Source: Lytechinus pictus
Taxonomy: Eukaryota
Length of the DNA: 64,000 nt
Reading direction: 5' to 3'
Assembly: GCF_037042905.1 (NCBI RefSeq)
Contig: NC_087245.1
Coordinates: 29,574,001 to 29,638,000 of the forward strand
The notes beneath the pieces were generated by a model. The model was not told the origin of the DNA and did no database searches. It saw only the letters and a list, made by a program, of their open reading frames with translations. The translations under genes and the position numbers were made by a program. Below, piece after piece: positions 35,891-50,283 of this stretch (position 1 is the first letter of the stretch; each line of letters begins with the position of its first letter).

Positions 35891-38800
35891 TCCTTTCTTT
35901 GAAAATACATACTTTTTAAAATTTTGCACATATTTTGGCACCGACTGCACCCGCATCTTCATCGAAATTATAATAAATGAACCCACCAGTATTTAGTTAT
36001 TCTGCCATGGTCAAATGCAGCTTTTGTTAATAGGCGTGACCTTCAAGTGCACAAAAAATCAATTACTGTGTAGAGGATTGCATATCAATCCAAATCACCA
36101 CTCCATGCACCTTGTGAATATGTTCTCAGTAAAATCACCTTTATTTCAATACAGTAATCTAAAATACCGCAGCAATATTTCATTTCAAAGATGTACTTCC
36201 AATTCAATTTGTCAATAATAATGAAGTCCACCTGCAGAGTATATTAGATACTTGAACATTGTAACTGTATCAGAGTCTGAACTTGGAGACTAGATCTGCA
36301 AAGCTCCAAGAGGGATAGCTATAACATGGAAGAGTCCTGAATTCATACTGACTCGCGTTCACTGTCAAGTGAACGTAAATGAGTAATCTGCATTTCTACC
36401 ATGCAATTTTCAGCCCAAAGCTGTTAATACAGTGAAACGTTGGCTACAAGACAGAACTATGAAGGGGGGAAATATATCTAGGTTATCTGGAGAGTAGTGC
36501 AATTCGCATAGGAAATACATGGGGCTAGAAGGAGTGGATATCTTGCAAACGCTTTTCCGTTACTCCAGCCAGAAGATTCTTTCCGAAATGGAACAGGGGC
36601 CCTTCCTCAGTGAAATACCGGGCTGATTGCTTGAAGGAAAAATTTGATTTTGAAAAGGCTTGATCCGGGGGCTTGATATTTACCATCTCGCATAAAGTAC
36701 TCTCATCAGATGTCTATATTCTATTGAAATCAATAAACAACAAATCAATAACATATACAGACCTATAAATCAGTTTCCACAATTCAAAAGCCTTTGATTG
36801 TACTGTCTTTCTGTTACATTGATCTTGCTACTTTTTTTTCGAAATCTATTAATTTAATGATCAAATCTCTTTTATATAAGATAAATTTTAGATTGAGGTA
36901 TTTTGCAAACTCTGATATAATTACATAAATTTTGATTGTGAAGTGGACATTGAAATATGGCTACAAATATTGAACAATTCAAAACTGCTTTTGTACAAAA
37001 AAAGAAAATCTCATGCAAAATTCATGATAAATATGATGTCAATCATATTCTTGATCAATCAGAGTAACAGATTCTGAACATATATATGCAAACAGATATT
37101 GAATATCATAACAGTGTCAATCGATATCATTAGAGTACCGTACCAGGTGTTATCTTAATACAAAGGGAAAGACAAGCCAGTTCTATTGCACAGCTCATGT
37201 GAATGTGTGAAGTAAAATATTTATTTAATTTAACCCAATCTTTATTTTTTAGTTTTGTATTAAAATCCCACAAAAGTGCATGCTACTTTTCACATTCATT
37301 ACTAAATTATATGAATTTGTGTGCCCTAAAATGATTAGGGTCAATGATGTGTAGGATAAAAATGAAAATGCATTTTATAAGAGTTTACATAAAATTTATT
37401 TGCATATTGTCGTTTTGTTTGTAAACATGTACCTTCTCAAGCATGGAAAGGGCTGGAAATTGTTTAGCTTTCCAAATGCAATCACTAAATTAGTAAATTT
37501 GCAAGTACTCAAAAGGGCCATTTTGAAAAAATATTTACACACAACCAAAAGAGGGTGCTAGATGACAAAATTAAAATTCTAACCGCTAAAAAAATAATGA
37601 CTACTACACTTTTTTTTTCATAGACTACATACTTGAATATAGGCCTAATTCACTGACCCTGGTGATGGTAATGGGCAACTCTTTTGATTGCAGCATCAGT
37701 CTAACTTTAATTGTAAAGATAATTTCAAGACCATTTTTCAAACATATCTGCAAGAGCTTTCATCTCAACAGTGCCAATTAGCTGAGAGACATTGCACGAG
37801 AGTGTGAAGTGTGACAAAATGAATAACATATGGAGATAATAGAATTGAAATAGAAATGTGTCCATGGTATCACTTCAGTGCCTCCTATATGCAAGGTCCT
37901 TACAAGCATTTCTGGCATCCAAACTAATGTTCCAATTAGGGGCATACTTTCTTGGGACGGACATTCTTGGGGTACAAGAGGTAATAATATATAGAAAAGC
38001 AGAAATAAATTGGTGAGTTCAATCTCAAAAAGTGTGACGTCCAAGTTTTTATTCCAGAGAAAACAGGATGAGAAATAAGAGAAATGTGATATTATTCTCC
38101 ATCCACTTCAAAAAATGGGAATTTGAGGTGTAACCTGATATCTATAAATATACTTATAAGGTTCAATTTTTTTTCTTTGATATTTCTAGTCTTTTTAACC
38201 TATACATGTACAGCAAGTAGCAACTGCACAATGCTATGTTGTTAGTGTGTTTGCCTCGTATTTTTTTATTGTTTTGTTTGTTAAGCTTTATTTTGTTAAT
38301 ATTGCCTTTTGTTACAATAACTCTGATCTGTTTTAATAAGTTGTAAATATTGTAATTTTACCTTATGATTTGATTATTTGATATTAAAAACATACAAATA
38401 AAAAAAAGAAATGTGATATTATTAGAAGATAAGTTTTTTTCACTATAAAAACTTTGAAAATGAGGAAAGAATGTGGACTGGTTCCCATATTCCAAAATAA
38501 AATAAAAAGTTAACATAATGCATGGATGATAAATTTCCTGCATGGACTGCAATGTGAAGTGATATCAAGTTTCAGACAGCTGTTTTCTTTCCTATCAAGA
38601 ATCAAATCAAAACCTTCATACATGTATTATGTCAGTCCATGATTCTATTAAAATGAGTGAACTGAATACAATCTAACATGAATTTGCATGTTTTATGGAT
38701 GCTCGATTTCACATGCTCAAATTTAAGTGAGTTTTAAATAACAAGAGCTGTTTTGATTTTTAATCATATTTAGAAATGCTTCGAGAAAAAAGCACCAAAA

Positions 38801-38904
38801 GAATTCACCTAGTATAATCTCATCATCTCTATTCCATTAAATTAATTGCCAAGTTAAACTCCATACAGATTAGCGGTATTCAAAATGAAAGTTCTGGCAA
38901 TATA

Positions 38905-39185
38905 GAGGGGGCATCATGGTCTACAGGTTCTGACTCTATGTCTTTCAATCATGAGAGTGTCATGGGTTCAAATCATAGCCTGTTTTTACCTTCAGCAAGA
39001 AATTTACCAACAATGTGTTACACTAGACCCAGGTGAGGTAAATGGGTACCCAGTATGATTGATTTTTTTAATACAAACATGTAGTGCTTGAAACAGCAGA
39101 TCAAGCTAAAACCAGGATAATGATGTGCCTCGAAAGAGAGAGATGGCACTGTATAAATGCATGTTGTTTTAACATTGTTATTATG
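38905..39185 (+). mobile_element. tRNA-derived SINE
   Basis: B-box gggttcaaatc and ccttcagcaagaaatttacc...cccaggtgaggtaaatgggtacc, collinear with the 33122 copy. Confidence 0.8.
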
Positions 39186-40775
39186 GCGAGTAGGGTATTG
39201 GTTCTTTTTAAATTGTGAAACAAAAAAGAAATAATAAAATTGCCTATAAAATGAATACTATTTTTCTTCAGATATACAAATGGCATTAGATTTTGAGAGT
39301 TTATACTTTGATAAACTTTCATTGATGCCCAACATTGATGCATACTACTACTTCTTTGACTATAATGGAAAGCAAGAAATCGGAACAAGCTAGCGGTGGG
39401 GGAATACAAAGGGACATTCCTCTGATTTTAACGTGACCCAGATACATGGATTAAGTGAGATGACGAAGATGGGAAGTTAACCCCCCTCTGACAAGGCCTC
39501 AAAGGGCATTCACACTTCTCAAAATATCGCAAAATCCAAATTCAGTAAAAGATATTTGTTATAACACAATTTTTGTTTTCATTTTTTCTTTTTTTTTGGG
39601 GGGGGGAAGGAGGGGGAATACCGTTTTCAAATTTACTGATCCACCATTCTCCTCATCTAGAATTCAGTAGATAGTGATTTTCTTGGACATGATATTTCTT
39701 CTTGAAATTTAGATACCCCTGCCAAGTGACTTAATGGAATCTTTTCTTCAACATGTTTTTACTCACTTACGCATGAATAAGTGAGCCAAAAATACTCACT
39801 CAAAAGCATCACTAGCAGTGTTCTTTGAAACAAAAGATGCTTGGCATTCATGCAAGCTTTACATTCAAATTCAAATTGCATTCATGACACAACAGGAGTA
39901 TGTCATTTTAAGAATGTGTGCTCTACATTGTATTATTTTGTTATTTGTTGATTTTTCACTGTTTTCACAACAACCTAAAATAGTCCCATAGATTTCTATT
40001 CACAATTAGATTTTGTGTACTTATGAAATATGTACAAATTGTAAACGTAGAACAAAATCCAGTTGAAAAAAGGGCCACATAATAAAAAACAATCAATCAA
40101 AACAGAATATATCCTGGTACCCATTTCATTGAAGAAGCTTTTATCCATCAATGAAATTGTACTGAAATGAATGTATAATACTGTATGAAAGCACAATTAC
40201 ATGTGCACTGTAGATGCTGCAAAAATAATAATGAATTTAGCTATACAAATATAGACAATGTATGTTGAAACCAGTTTAATATGTCTACATGCTATAATGT
40301 AATAATGCAGTCTTTTATCAAATCATATTCTATAGAATGTCTTGATTTAACACACATGTAGGCAGGCAACGGATGAAAGGCTGTATAAACGGAGCCCTGT
40401 TAATGAATCAGACTTTTTTTAAATATCCCTCAAAACAAGGTTCCACAAATGAATAATGAACAGTGAAGTAAAGAAATTGAGAAGCCATAATATATATTTC
40501 ATTGGCTTCCTCGCACAGCCAATATAATTTCAGAACTCCCCCACCCAATTTACGTCAAGTACATTTGAACTAGTTTCAACTTGTATATTTGAGACCTGTA
40601 AACACAAAAATTGTATCTATCTGTATAATTTTATTTAAAATGTACATGTACTTCATTTCTCACATTTTTTTAACTTTTGCTACATGTATTTAATGAAGAT
40701 AGCCTATAGCTGTGTATATTGATAGTTATGCATGGCTTGACATGGTTATAGAGAGCCATATGAAATGCTTATTTA

Positions 40776-41343
40776 AGGTCAAATCCACCCCAAAAATGTT
40801 GATTGGAATCAATAGAGAGAGAAAAAAAAAGCATGATGCTGAAAATTTCATCAAAATCACATGTAAAATAAGAACATTAAGACATCTTTTTATCACAAAA
40901 TAGTTTGCATAACTCAGTGATATGCAAGTAAGAGAGTCAATCAAGTCCCTCAATATTTCTTTTGTTTTTTAATGATACAATATTTCAATATTTGACAATA
41001 ATGACCGACTTGACTGAACCACAAAATGTTAAAACAATTATAATTCCACATGTTCAGGAAGGAATAAAACTTTCTTCCACATGACAATGAGAAAATCATT
41101 ATATTTTATACATACTATTATACATAATGAAATACAAAAGGAATAGTGAGTAGGAGATATCATCAGTCCCCTCATTTGCATACTGACCAAGATGTGCATA
41201 TATTTTGTGAAATTAAGCAAAACTTTGAAAAGACATCTTTCTTATTTTTAAATCTGATATTTTGACGATATTTTCAGTGTTATGCTTGTTTGATTTTTCT
41301 CTTTTTATTCAAATCAACTTTTTGTTGGGGTGGATTTTTCCTT
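40776..41343. mobile_element. Kolobok/T2-type MITE, paralogue of 4425-5016
   Basis: Ends aggtcaaatccacccc / ggggtggatttttcct. Internal accgacttgactgaacca is shared with the 4425 copy. Confidence 0.85.
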
Positions 41344-42107
41344 CAAAAATCTTTCCCTGATAAATTGATATTGGAACAAAGAGTGACTGCACAGACTGTT
41401 ATCATTAGAAAAATCAAATTGGAAAAATAAATAAATATATATATATATATAAAATTATGACGACGACAACGACGCTGATAATGATGATGATAATCTCCTG
41501 CAGACTCAAGTCACATACATTTAAAGCATGGAGAAAGTTATACAAAACCGACCAAGTCAAAAAATATGAAATATCCTTCCCAAAATTTGCACGGACTTAA
41601 AAAAGAGCTAGAGAGACCAACAAGAGAGAGAGCCAGTGGTGATATCTAGGTTATTGGTTCATGTGTACACAGGTCAGGCAGCAGCAGCAGCGAATCACCT
41701 TTCAGAACAGGGGGGGGGGGGGGTATGACTAGTCTCCTAATAGAGACTTTATTCATTATTAATTGAGAGACGGGCATGCCCATAAGTCACTCGCCATACT
41801 ACAAATGATATGCATTTCACAGGTAAAACTGGAACACATACATCACGGTTGAATGCAAGTTTGAAGTTACACTGTAACACACTGCTGTTCCTTTTCCATA
41901 ATGCAATAGATAAATAGTGTAAAAAGGAAATGATCACTTCCATCAAAACACTTTTTGTACAGTTGCATGCAGAATTATGACATCCCTTGGTATAATGGAT
42001 ATTTTTTTAAAGAACAAGTTTTGGTTCCTTATGGATACTCGCCATGTACTTGACCGGTTCCCCCACACAAAGACAGAATGCACAGTCTGGTCACAGCGAT
42101 ATGCATT

Positions 42108-42412
42108 GGCCCATATTCTGAACTAGAGTTTTAAGTTGAACTCTGATCTTTAACTAGCCCATTGTGACGCTGGTCTTTAATAGTACTTACTTTAAGACAT
42201 TCAATATCTCAGCAAATTCCGTGCTCAATTCATTCAGAACTATCTAGGAGAAAATGACTGAAATGTTTTTCTTCACCATTAAAACATTGGAAAGAATACA
42301 GTAATCATAACAAAAACAGATTAACAGAAATTTTGACATTTTTGCTTTCCCATAATTTCAGCAGAGTTTAATAGCATATGGGCTAATAAAATAGACTCTA
42401 GAATATGGACCA
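42108..42412. mobile_element. Degenerate copy of the ggcccatattctgaa MITE
   Basis: Ends ggcccatattctgaa / ctagaatatggacc. Internal ttcccataattt.agcagagttt matches 11283-11308. Confidence 0.65.
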
Positions 42413-43503
42413 TGGTATTTAATCTAAAGAAATCATGAGCACTTAAGCAGCATGTTTGCCTGTGAAGAAACAAAATGAGAAAAATTTGCATGAATGTATT
42501 TGGCTGTTCAACTGAACATATTTCCAGAAGAAATAAAAAATGGTGGAACACAATATCAAAACAGCATAATAAAAAAAAAATAGCTGAAAAACAGACAGAC
42601 ATCAGCATTAAAGCAAAAGCCAGGGTATAATATCAAATTCCTTGGGAAGCGTATAGAGACACTATGCACTATACAAAAACTTATTATCTTGCAAAGACTT
42701 ACACAAACAATGTTTGCAGCCACTGCATCATGGAGCATGAATCAAAGAGAAAGGGAAAATCCCTTTTGAGAATAATTTATAATCAAGTTACCTATTCCAT
42801 TCCAAATACACCTGCTTTATAGACTCTCAGATTTTTACTTGGGAATAATATTTAAGCATCATCAATTCTGGTATCTCTATCATGAAAAAATGAGATATTT
42901 TTACAAAATGTAACATTGCTGTTTTTCTTTTAAAAGTAACAAGTACTTTAATATGCTATTGTATAGCCTTTCTCCATCTTGTGTCATGAAATAATACAGA
43001 TGCAGTTGTGGATTTCATCGTTTTCCTGTCAAGCACATTCATCTACAGTGTATGTTTATTAGTGGTGCCACAGAAATAACTAGGTTTTGAGGACATGCAT
43101 ATATGTACACTGCCAGGAGAACTGGGTGTTGGAATATTACAAATACAGACCTTGCCAAACAATGCCAAATATATTGAAATAGGTGATTCTGAAAGGGGGG
43201 AGAAATGGGGCTGACACCAAGAAAAAGAGAGCAAAAGTGCATTATGAAAAAAGGGGGCATGATCTGAACTATTTTCAGCTTGTGCAAGCTGGCCCTGCAA
43301 ATACATGTACAGAAGGCTGGATTCAGAGAAATAGAGGAATAGGTGCAAAGTGGGTTGAACGTCCGATGCATACTCCAGCAAATTCACTAAAAGTTCATTA
43401 TCCAAATTTCTTTTTTCATCCTGTTACTGGTCTGGAATAGATAGACTGCCAGCATCTTTGAGAAATTGATATCATATTTAGCATGGAATTCTTGGAATTG
43501 AAT

Positions 43504-43983
43504 CCGGGGGGGGGGGGGGGTACTCGACCAAAAAAGTAGTAGGTATGTGCCGCGGGTGAGACAAAAAACGGGGGACTTGGAGCGGGCCTATTGTAAAAAG
43601 GAGGGTTTCGGAACTACAAATGTTTGTGAAAACGAGGGTCCTTGGAACGGGTCGCCTGCGTGTAAGTGCGTATGCATCCCTATGGAACGGGCATACGTGC
43701 ATGCAGCTAGCCCGACAGCACGGGCGCCGGTGCACTAGCGCAGATGCGATGGTCGGACAGTGCTCTACGGCCACTTTTCACCATAATTGCGGCTCATTTT
43801 AGCAGATTGATCAAAGATCAAACGGAAAATATGCGAAGCTTTGGAGCGGATTTCTTTCTTCTTTTTTCTCGATAAGAAGAAAATGCTATGCTTTGGAACT
43901 GAAATTTGAGTGTAAAAATGGGGGTCCCCTCCGCGGCACATACCCACCATGCATTATATACTGAGTGCCCCCCCCCCCCCAGG
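43504..43983. mobile_element. Poly-G/poly-C-ended MITE (MULE-like)
   Basis: Ends cc(G)n-tactc..ggtatgtgccgcgg / ccgcggcacatacc..gagtg(C)n. Flanking duplication gaattgaa. Internal ttggagcgg/ggaac repeats. Confidence 0.85.
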
Positions 43984-44412
43984 GAATTGAAGTCACATTA
44001 TTCTCTTCAGGAACATTCTAACACAAAGAATTCATGATGAGCTTACCATCCAACAAAAAAAAAACAGATAAATCTTATAACAAAATTTCCAAAGGGACAA
44101 GTACATAATGTAAGCTCCATTTTTGTAGAGCATGAAAGGTTACATGTATATTGAACGCAGTTGGATTTTATCTAGAGTGCTTTCAATTTTGAAATAAAAA
44201 TCAGTTACAACAAAGCAATGATCTTTCAAATACTCTTTGAGTTCCATCTCTTTGTGTTTAATATCATTTTTAATAGTGTATTTCACACTGAATTGGGTAT
44301 TAAATCCAACCACATATTTTTCAAATACACCTTTATTAAAAGCCTCCCATTTAATTTTGTATGTAGCCCAACAAGCGGTGATACATTTGAGGAATTAATT
44401 CCTACTAGATAC

Positions 44413-45753
44413 TAGAGCTGTTATTGTTAAGAAAATTCTCTGTCGATATATCGCTAAAAATATCCCGGGGGGGGGGGGGGCAGTCAAATGTATTACTGTA
44501 CACACGCGTGGCCAAATTATTTCCAAACACCCCCTAAACGAGTTTTTCTCTGTGTGCAAAATAACCCCCCAAACAAGTTTTTTGTGAGCTTCATTAACAC
44601 ATTTTGGCCCCTAAACAAGTTTTTGTCTTCTTGCTAACAATATATTTAAATATAGACAAAACTATATATGGGTATTGCATACCCCCAGTGCCGTTAAAAT
44701 ACCACAATCAGGAAGAACCTGAACACTTCATAAACGAGGGAAAAGTCCAGGAGAAAAAGCTTTGGAAAAAAAAACATACCCTAAATACGTTTGACCCCGT
44801 GATTGACCATTGACCAGTCTTTCTAAACTACCCTTATTTTTTAAAATCGGTGTTTTTGATACCCTTAACGAGTGCATGCGCAGCCCACGTCCAAAACTGA
44901 AAAAACACCCCTTTAAACGCTTTTGGGGGGGGTCATGCATGTGGACAGCAATATATTTGACTGGCACCCCCCTCCCCCGGGAAAATATCTTACCAATATT
45001 GATAACTAGCGACAATTAACATAATCAATACACATTTATTATGCATTATAGCAATGTCACATACTCGCGTTGGTCAAAATTTGTATCTGCTACTGTACCA
45101 AAAACGCTTTAAAATCTGCGTTCATCGGAGGTAAATGATTACATAACATCTTTTTACAAAAATATAGCATAAATCCATACTCACCTTTCAAGTTACTAGC
45201 ATTATCTTAGGGTTGGATTAAGTTTTATCAATAATTTGGGGGCTTTTTGGGCATCGTTCTGAGCAGTCAACGTCTTACGCTTATCCGCTATTTTGATATC
45301 GTGCTGTACATCTTCGAACGTAGAGGGTAGCAACACATGGCCGTGTGCTCCCTTCTACTTCGGTTGGTACTTCGCTAAAATTGAACTTGCACTTGTGAAT
45401 TTATTCGATATGAAGTAGAGTGCAGTCACGATGTTTGAATTGTCATGAATTTGGCGAAGTGGGGATGAGATCGTGTTTTGTGGCTAGTAAATATTCATAT
45501 TTTGTTGAGATTTTGGAGTAATTCCTGTTGCTGTTCTGTGCATTTTGAGGAAAAATATGTTTTTTTCATTTTCCATTTGAAAAGCCACTTTCAAAAGGCT
45601 GTTTCCGTGAAATCGTGGAAAATCACTGTCATGTCCCTACATAATAGCGGGTATTATCAACAACAAGAAAAAGGTTATCGATATCGCTAAGTGGCAAAAA
45701 ACAAGCTATTATCGACAAGACTAGCGATAAAGAGGCTATCAATAACAGCACTA
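44413..45753. mobile_element. Non-autonomous hAT element
   Basis: TIR tagagctgttattg / caataacagcacta. Perfect 8-bp TSD ctagatac at 44405-44412 and 45754-45761. Confidence 0.9.
44464..44981. mobile_element. Poly-G-ended MITE nested in the hAT element
   Basis: Ends ccc(G)n-cagtcaaat / atttgactgg..cccggg. Flanking duplication aaaatat. Internal ccc(c)taaac repeats. Confidence 0.85.
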
Positions 45754-45894
45754 CTAGATACCTATTTACCTCATTAAGTTGAGTGTACAGCAGGGAAACA
45801 AAATGAATACATTGCAGTGAATGGGGATTCTTCTGTGTCTCTTTTCTTAATTTCCAGGGCCCTTTTGAGCATTTTGGGGGCGATGTCACCCCAA

Positions 45895-46020
45895 GCCCCT
45901 GTGCAATTCATTCCCTGATCTACAGCACAATGTGGACCACTTTCTTGATGAAGAAAACTATACCATGGCTGGGATCTGAAAGCCACGACCTTCTGATTGA
46001 AATTCCAGAGTCAGGAACAC
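45895..46020 (-). mobile_element. Degenerate SINE fragment
   Basis: cagcacaatgtgg..tttcttg.tgaag.aaa..ccatggct.gga matches 33305-33360. Confidence 0.55.
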
Positions 46021-46569
46021 TTCCATAATTTTTGAATGAATGGATTATGAATTTCAGATTTTGATCCTAAACATTTATCTTAGAGTGTACTTTTAATTTC
46101 TAACCAAGTTACCATAAAAATGAAAATCTTCATTTAGCAATAGAAACACATAAAGGGAACTCCATCCAATCTGAATGGACGGTGCGAATGCTCCATCTCT
46201 AAAAAAAAAAGATGAATAATTCTATTTTCTAATGAAAGGCAATTCCTCAATATACAGTAATTATTGTATGCAGTACAGTCAAGGATGTGCATCCCTTACA
46301 AGATTAAAAACATCATTTTTCTTTATCCACCTGTTACTTCTACAGAAAAAGATGATAGAACTTTTTTTTAAATTGTTATTTCTGCAATGTGAATGGATTT
46401 AATCTCTACGGGAATAGGATACTTTTGCATTTTTGAAATGTCATTGTATTGCTGCAAAGCACAGCAATATGCACATGTAATATTCATTTCTCAAGATGCC
46501 ATATTGTAAGCTTTTCATTTTTTCTCAGGGACATATTCCATGGATTCTGTATCATGCATAGTTAACAGG

Positions 46570-47195
46570 AGGCATATTCAGACCGACCCTATCACCAGAA
46601 TACCTGTAAATTTACAAAATTGTTCTATGCTCAGAATACTAAATAATTATTGCCTGCATTAGTAGAGACTTTCAGGATAAGTTTTTGAAGTTATTGTACA
46701 TGTGTAGTATGTTTAAGTAGCAGACAAAATTCAAAATGGCTAGCTCAGCAGCTCCACAGCACCCACTCCCAAAATACTCGCTCCATTATTATAATTTGCT
46801 TTCACACTGCCAAAATACCCACAACCCTGGAAAATCCCAGAGAAAGTTTTCATAATTTTGAGTCTTTTCTACCCTTATCTACTATTATATCACAAGTGCC
46901 ACAGAACGGGGGGGGGGGGGGGGGGGGGGAGGAGGAGGACAGATAGGCTTTAGCCCCCTTGTCAGCGTGCATGGTTAAAACCCCTCCCCCACATTCAAGC
47001 TCAGCCCCTCCCACTATCAAAGCCATTCCACGGCCCCTGTTTTACTGTTTTTTTTTTCTTTTTACAAATATTTTAAGTATTTTCACAATGGAAAAAATAC
47101 CAAGTATTTTCTGATTGGGGTAGATCAAGGTGAATTTCTTAATCAGAAAATACTGGGTATATATGCTCAAAATTCAAGTCAGTCTGAATACACCT
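46570..47195. mobile_element. Harbinger-like MITE (ttcagaccg family) with a G-rich hAT-type insert at about 46892-47039
   Basis: Ends aggcatattcagaccgac / gtcagtctgaatacacct. The insert ends ttccacggcccctg. Confidence 0.7.
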
Positions 47196-47925
47196 ATTGA
47201 GGTGGGAACACCGAGCATGTTCCAAATGACATTGAAAACTCATTTCAAATCATGACTTTGATCGGTAGGACTATCAGTGGAGGAATTGTCCTCTCAGATA
47301 AATACCATTCCATGGGGGATTTGAGAAAAGACAAGAAGCTTCGAATAAACCTTTGAAATTGCTACTTACATGTAAATCCCACCCTGAAGACAATCAGAAG
47401 TCTCGAGATAATTAATATCTGCAAGGAAAATAAAAGAAAAATGCACTGTACTTCAGCAGGAGACCACTATCGTATGATAGGTTATGGCTGCATTGCTGTA
47501 TCTGGCCAGTAGTCTGAAATCCAGTTAAAACTTCTTAGGCCATGGTCTAACTCTGTGCAAAAATTATGGGGAGCAAAATATTTACTGTGCCTTTTCCATA
47601 TGCCTTGATTGTGAATAAAAATTATGTTCAAATACAATTGTGAATAATTCAATGCAAATAGGGGATTGTGTTAAAGAGATTTGTGTCATAATTGGCACTC
47701 CATAACCACAACTTCATACACCAGAGTTTAAATTAAACCCAATTTAAGAATACAGGCTCGTGTTTAAAAGTTGTGAAAAAAAAGCCCAAAAAATATTTTA
47801 CAAAAGAAAATGAGTTAATTATAATAAATTCTGGGAATGAATACAATTCACTAGATTAAGAGTGAATTTCACTTGTTAAGTGAATTTCAAACTTTTAACA
47901 AGTGAAATTTGTTTGAACATTTGTT

Positions 47926-48063
47926 CAGGGTCCCGTATCACAAAGGTTAGCAATCAATCGTACGCTTGATTTTCACCATTAATTGTACATTGTAGTCAAT
48001 GCAATCAATCATAGAAAAATCTTCTACGATCATTGCTATTAAAGCTTTGTATTATGGGCCCGG
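47926..48063. mobile_element. Short TIR element inside a gtgaa(a/t)ttcac-repeat element
   Basis: Ends gggtcccgtatcacaaag / ctttgtattatgggcccg. Confidence 0.7.
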
Positions 48064-50283
48064 GTCATTATGTTCACTCTAAAGTCACTACAAATTGAGT
48101 GATCCTTGATGTCACTCAATAGGGGAGTGAAAAGCAGGTGAAAATTCACTCTTTTTCTTCTTTGAAAAACTAGATACTCCCCATACTCTCAAAATCCAAA
48201 GCCAAAATCATTTAAAAAAACCTTTATTGCCTTTTGAATGACTTTCAAAATAAGATAAAATAGTCAAGGCAGTTTGTCAAAAAAAAAAAAAAAGACCTGC
48301 TTTATCCATCCAATGAAAATAAAAAAAGTATTATTGTCCAGATGAAGGGGCTACCTGACCCCTAACATGAAAAATCCTTCACACATTTTCTTGTTCTATA
48401 AAGAAAGGAATAATAATATACTATTCTTAAGATTAGGATTTTCCTCGCTACTTGTCTGAAAGATAATCTGGTGGCTGTAGAGTCCGAAACTATGATCTGC
48501 GTAATATGATAACACCCTTCTGTTTCATGACAATATGAGTAGGTGTGAATGGAGCTTGTATCCCATCATATCGCCTTCCCACAATGCTTTTCACCTATTC
48601 TTTACTAATGACCTTACCCGCCCCTCATATTGTAGTAATCTTCTTTCATGAAAGCAAAGGGGTCAATGACCAAGAGATGGAGAAAGGACTTGGCCTTGTG
48701 ATCTTCAAACTCAAAGGGAAAAGGTCGAAGGGAAAGGTCAAATATGAGAAGAGCAAGAGGTGAGATTTCTACTACATGTACTTCAGTTTTAAACACAACC
48801 CAATGAAAATATAATTGAAAATACATGTGCAATTCTTTTCACACATTTAAAATAGAAAGCCCATCCTGAAATACTGACATTGGAGTGTAACAAAGCAGAA
48901 AATGAGAGAAAGAGGAATATCCAAAACCAAAAATGTTGGAAAATGAGGCACTTGTTATTTAATTTAGGTTATTTACTCTGGACTAATTCACAAACAGTCC
49001 TATGGATTTATTTTCAAATTGTAACTGATTGTAACTGATTTAAATTGATTTTTTTTTTAGCTTTAAACTAAAATCCACAAGGTCTAAATCTAAGTTTACG
49101 ATACATGTATATCTACAAAGTGAATGGGAGGAGAGTTCAAACAACACTTCAAAGCAAAGAGACATATTAAAGTTTTTTAATTTGATTAATAATATCATCC
49201 GCATTCATCCCAAACGTCGTATCAATCAATTTTGGTCAAAAAACCTATTTTGAGATTCTGTTCATAACTAAATTTCTCGGCAGAAATTTATTTCAGTTTC
49301 TGAGATATGAGACGATTTCCACAGCGATGCCATACAAATTGTTGATAAAATGCGCAAATCCCTTTGGAAACGTGTACTGTAGCAAAGTAAACAACAGCTG
49401 CGTGCACTTAATATGCAAATGAGCAGTCTGCCAAACCGTCATATCGGCACTGCATTGACTTTGCACGTGAAAAAACGATACGACATTTCGGCTGACCACG
49501 CACATTAAAATCGCGGTCAGGGTTGTTGTATCCCCTATGGCGTTTTTGTACAGGGTAATTTAAACCGCTCAAACTGGAATTTCAAGCATGTACATGTAGC
49601 TCTTTTGCGATATTTTCTCTGATCCTTGGTTTTGTGTCAAAATAAAGATACCAATGTCAAGCAATTGTCTTGGTCTTTCCAACCAAGTATTTTTCTAGGA
49701 ATAAATATGTTGTAAAGCTGGGGAACTAAGTATGAATATGGTATGAATCTTCTGAAATGGTTTTGCACCGGTTCGGATGACCGCCAACGATATCTTTACA
49801 CTTTCCATTTTTTATTCTTAATCATGACATATTAGATATTTCATCTGAGTCAAACTCAGAGGGGTCACTCATAAGGATAAATCAGCAAATGAAAACTATC
49901 TGAAAGACCTACTGTATTTGTGTTTTATGTCGGCATTCTGACATCAATTTTGTGGATGATGGACATGGAAGAAGAATGTGAGCAATGTGATTTGTGATTC
50001 ATGTTCGTGGTTCCAGCTTCAAAAAATCAGTTACCCTCAGTAAATATGTAGAACCAAGGATGGATCCAGACAGGATATCTCATCAAGAAAGAGTTTTAAG
50101 ATGAAGACTACAGTAGATCATCAAGGTGAGCTTCTGGTAAGTTGTGTTGTTTAGAGTAGAGACAGGTAGAGGGATAAAAGATTGTTTGAGGGGGTCTCTA
50201 GAAAGTCCTTCTACCTGTCATCAAGTTCACACCAACCCTTAGGATCAAGATCTAGTACACCATGATCTGACCCACCCGCACTC

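Noticed and set aside
45190-45340. THAP-domain remnant (MCCYPL...) on the minus strand
   Set aside because: Only a few residues match, stops follow, and THAP is not expected in an hAT element.
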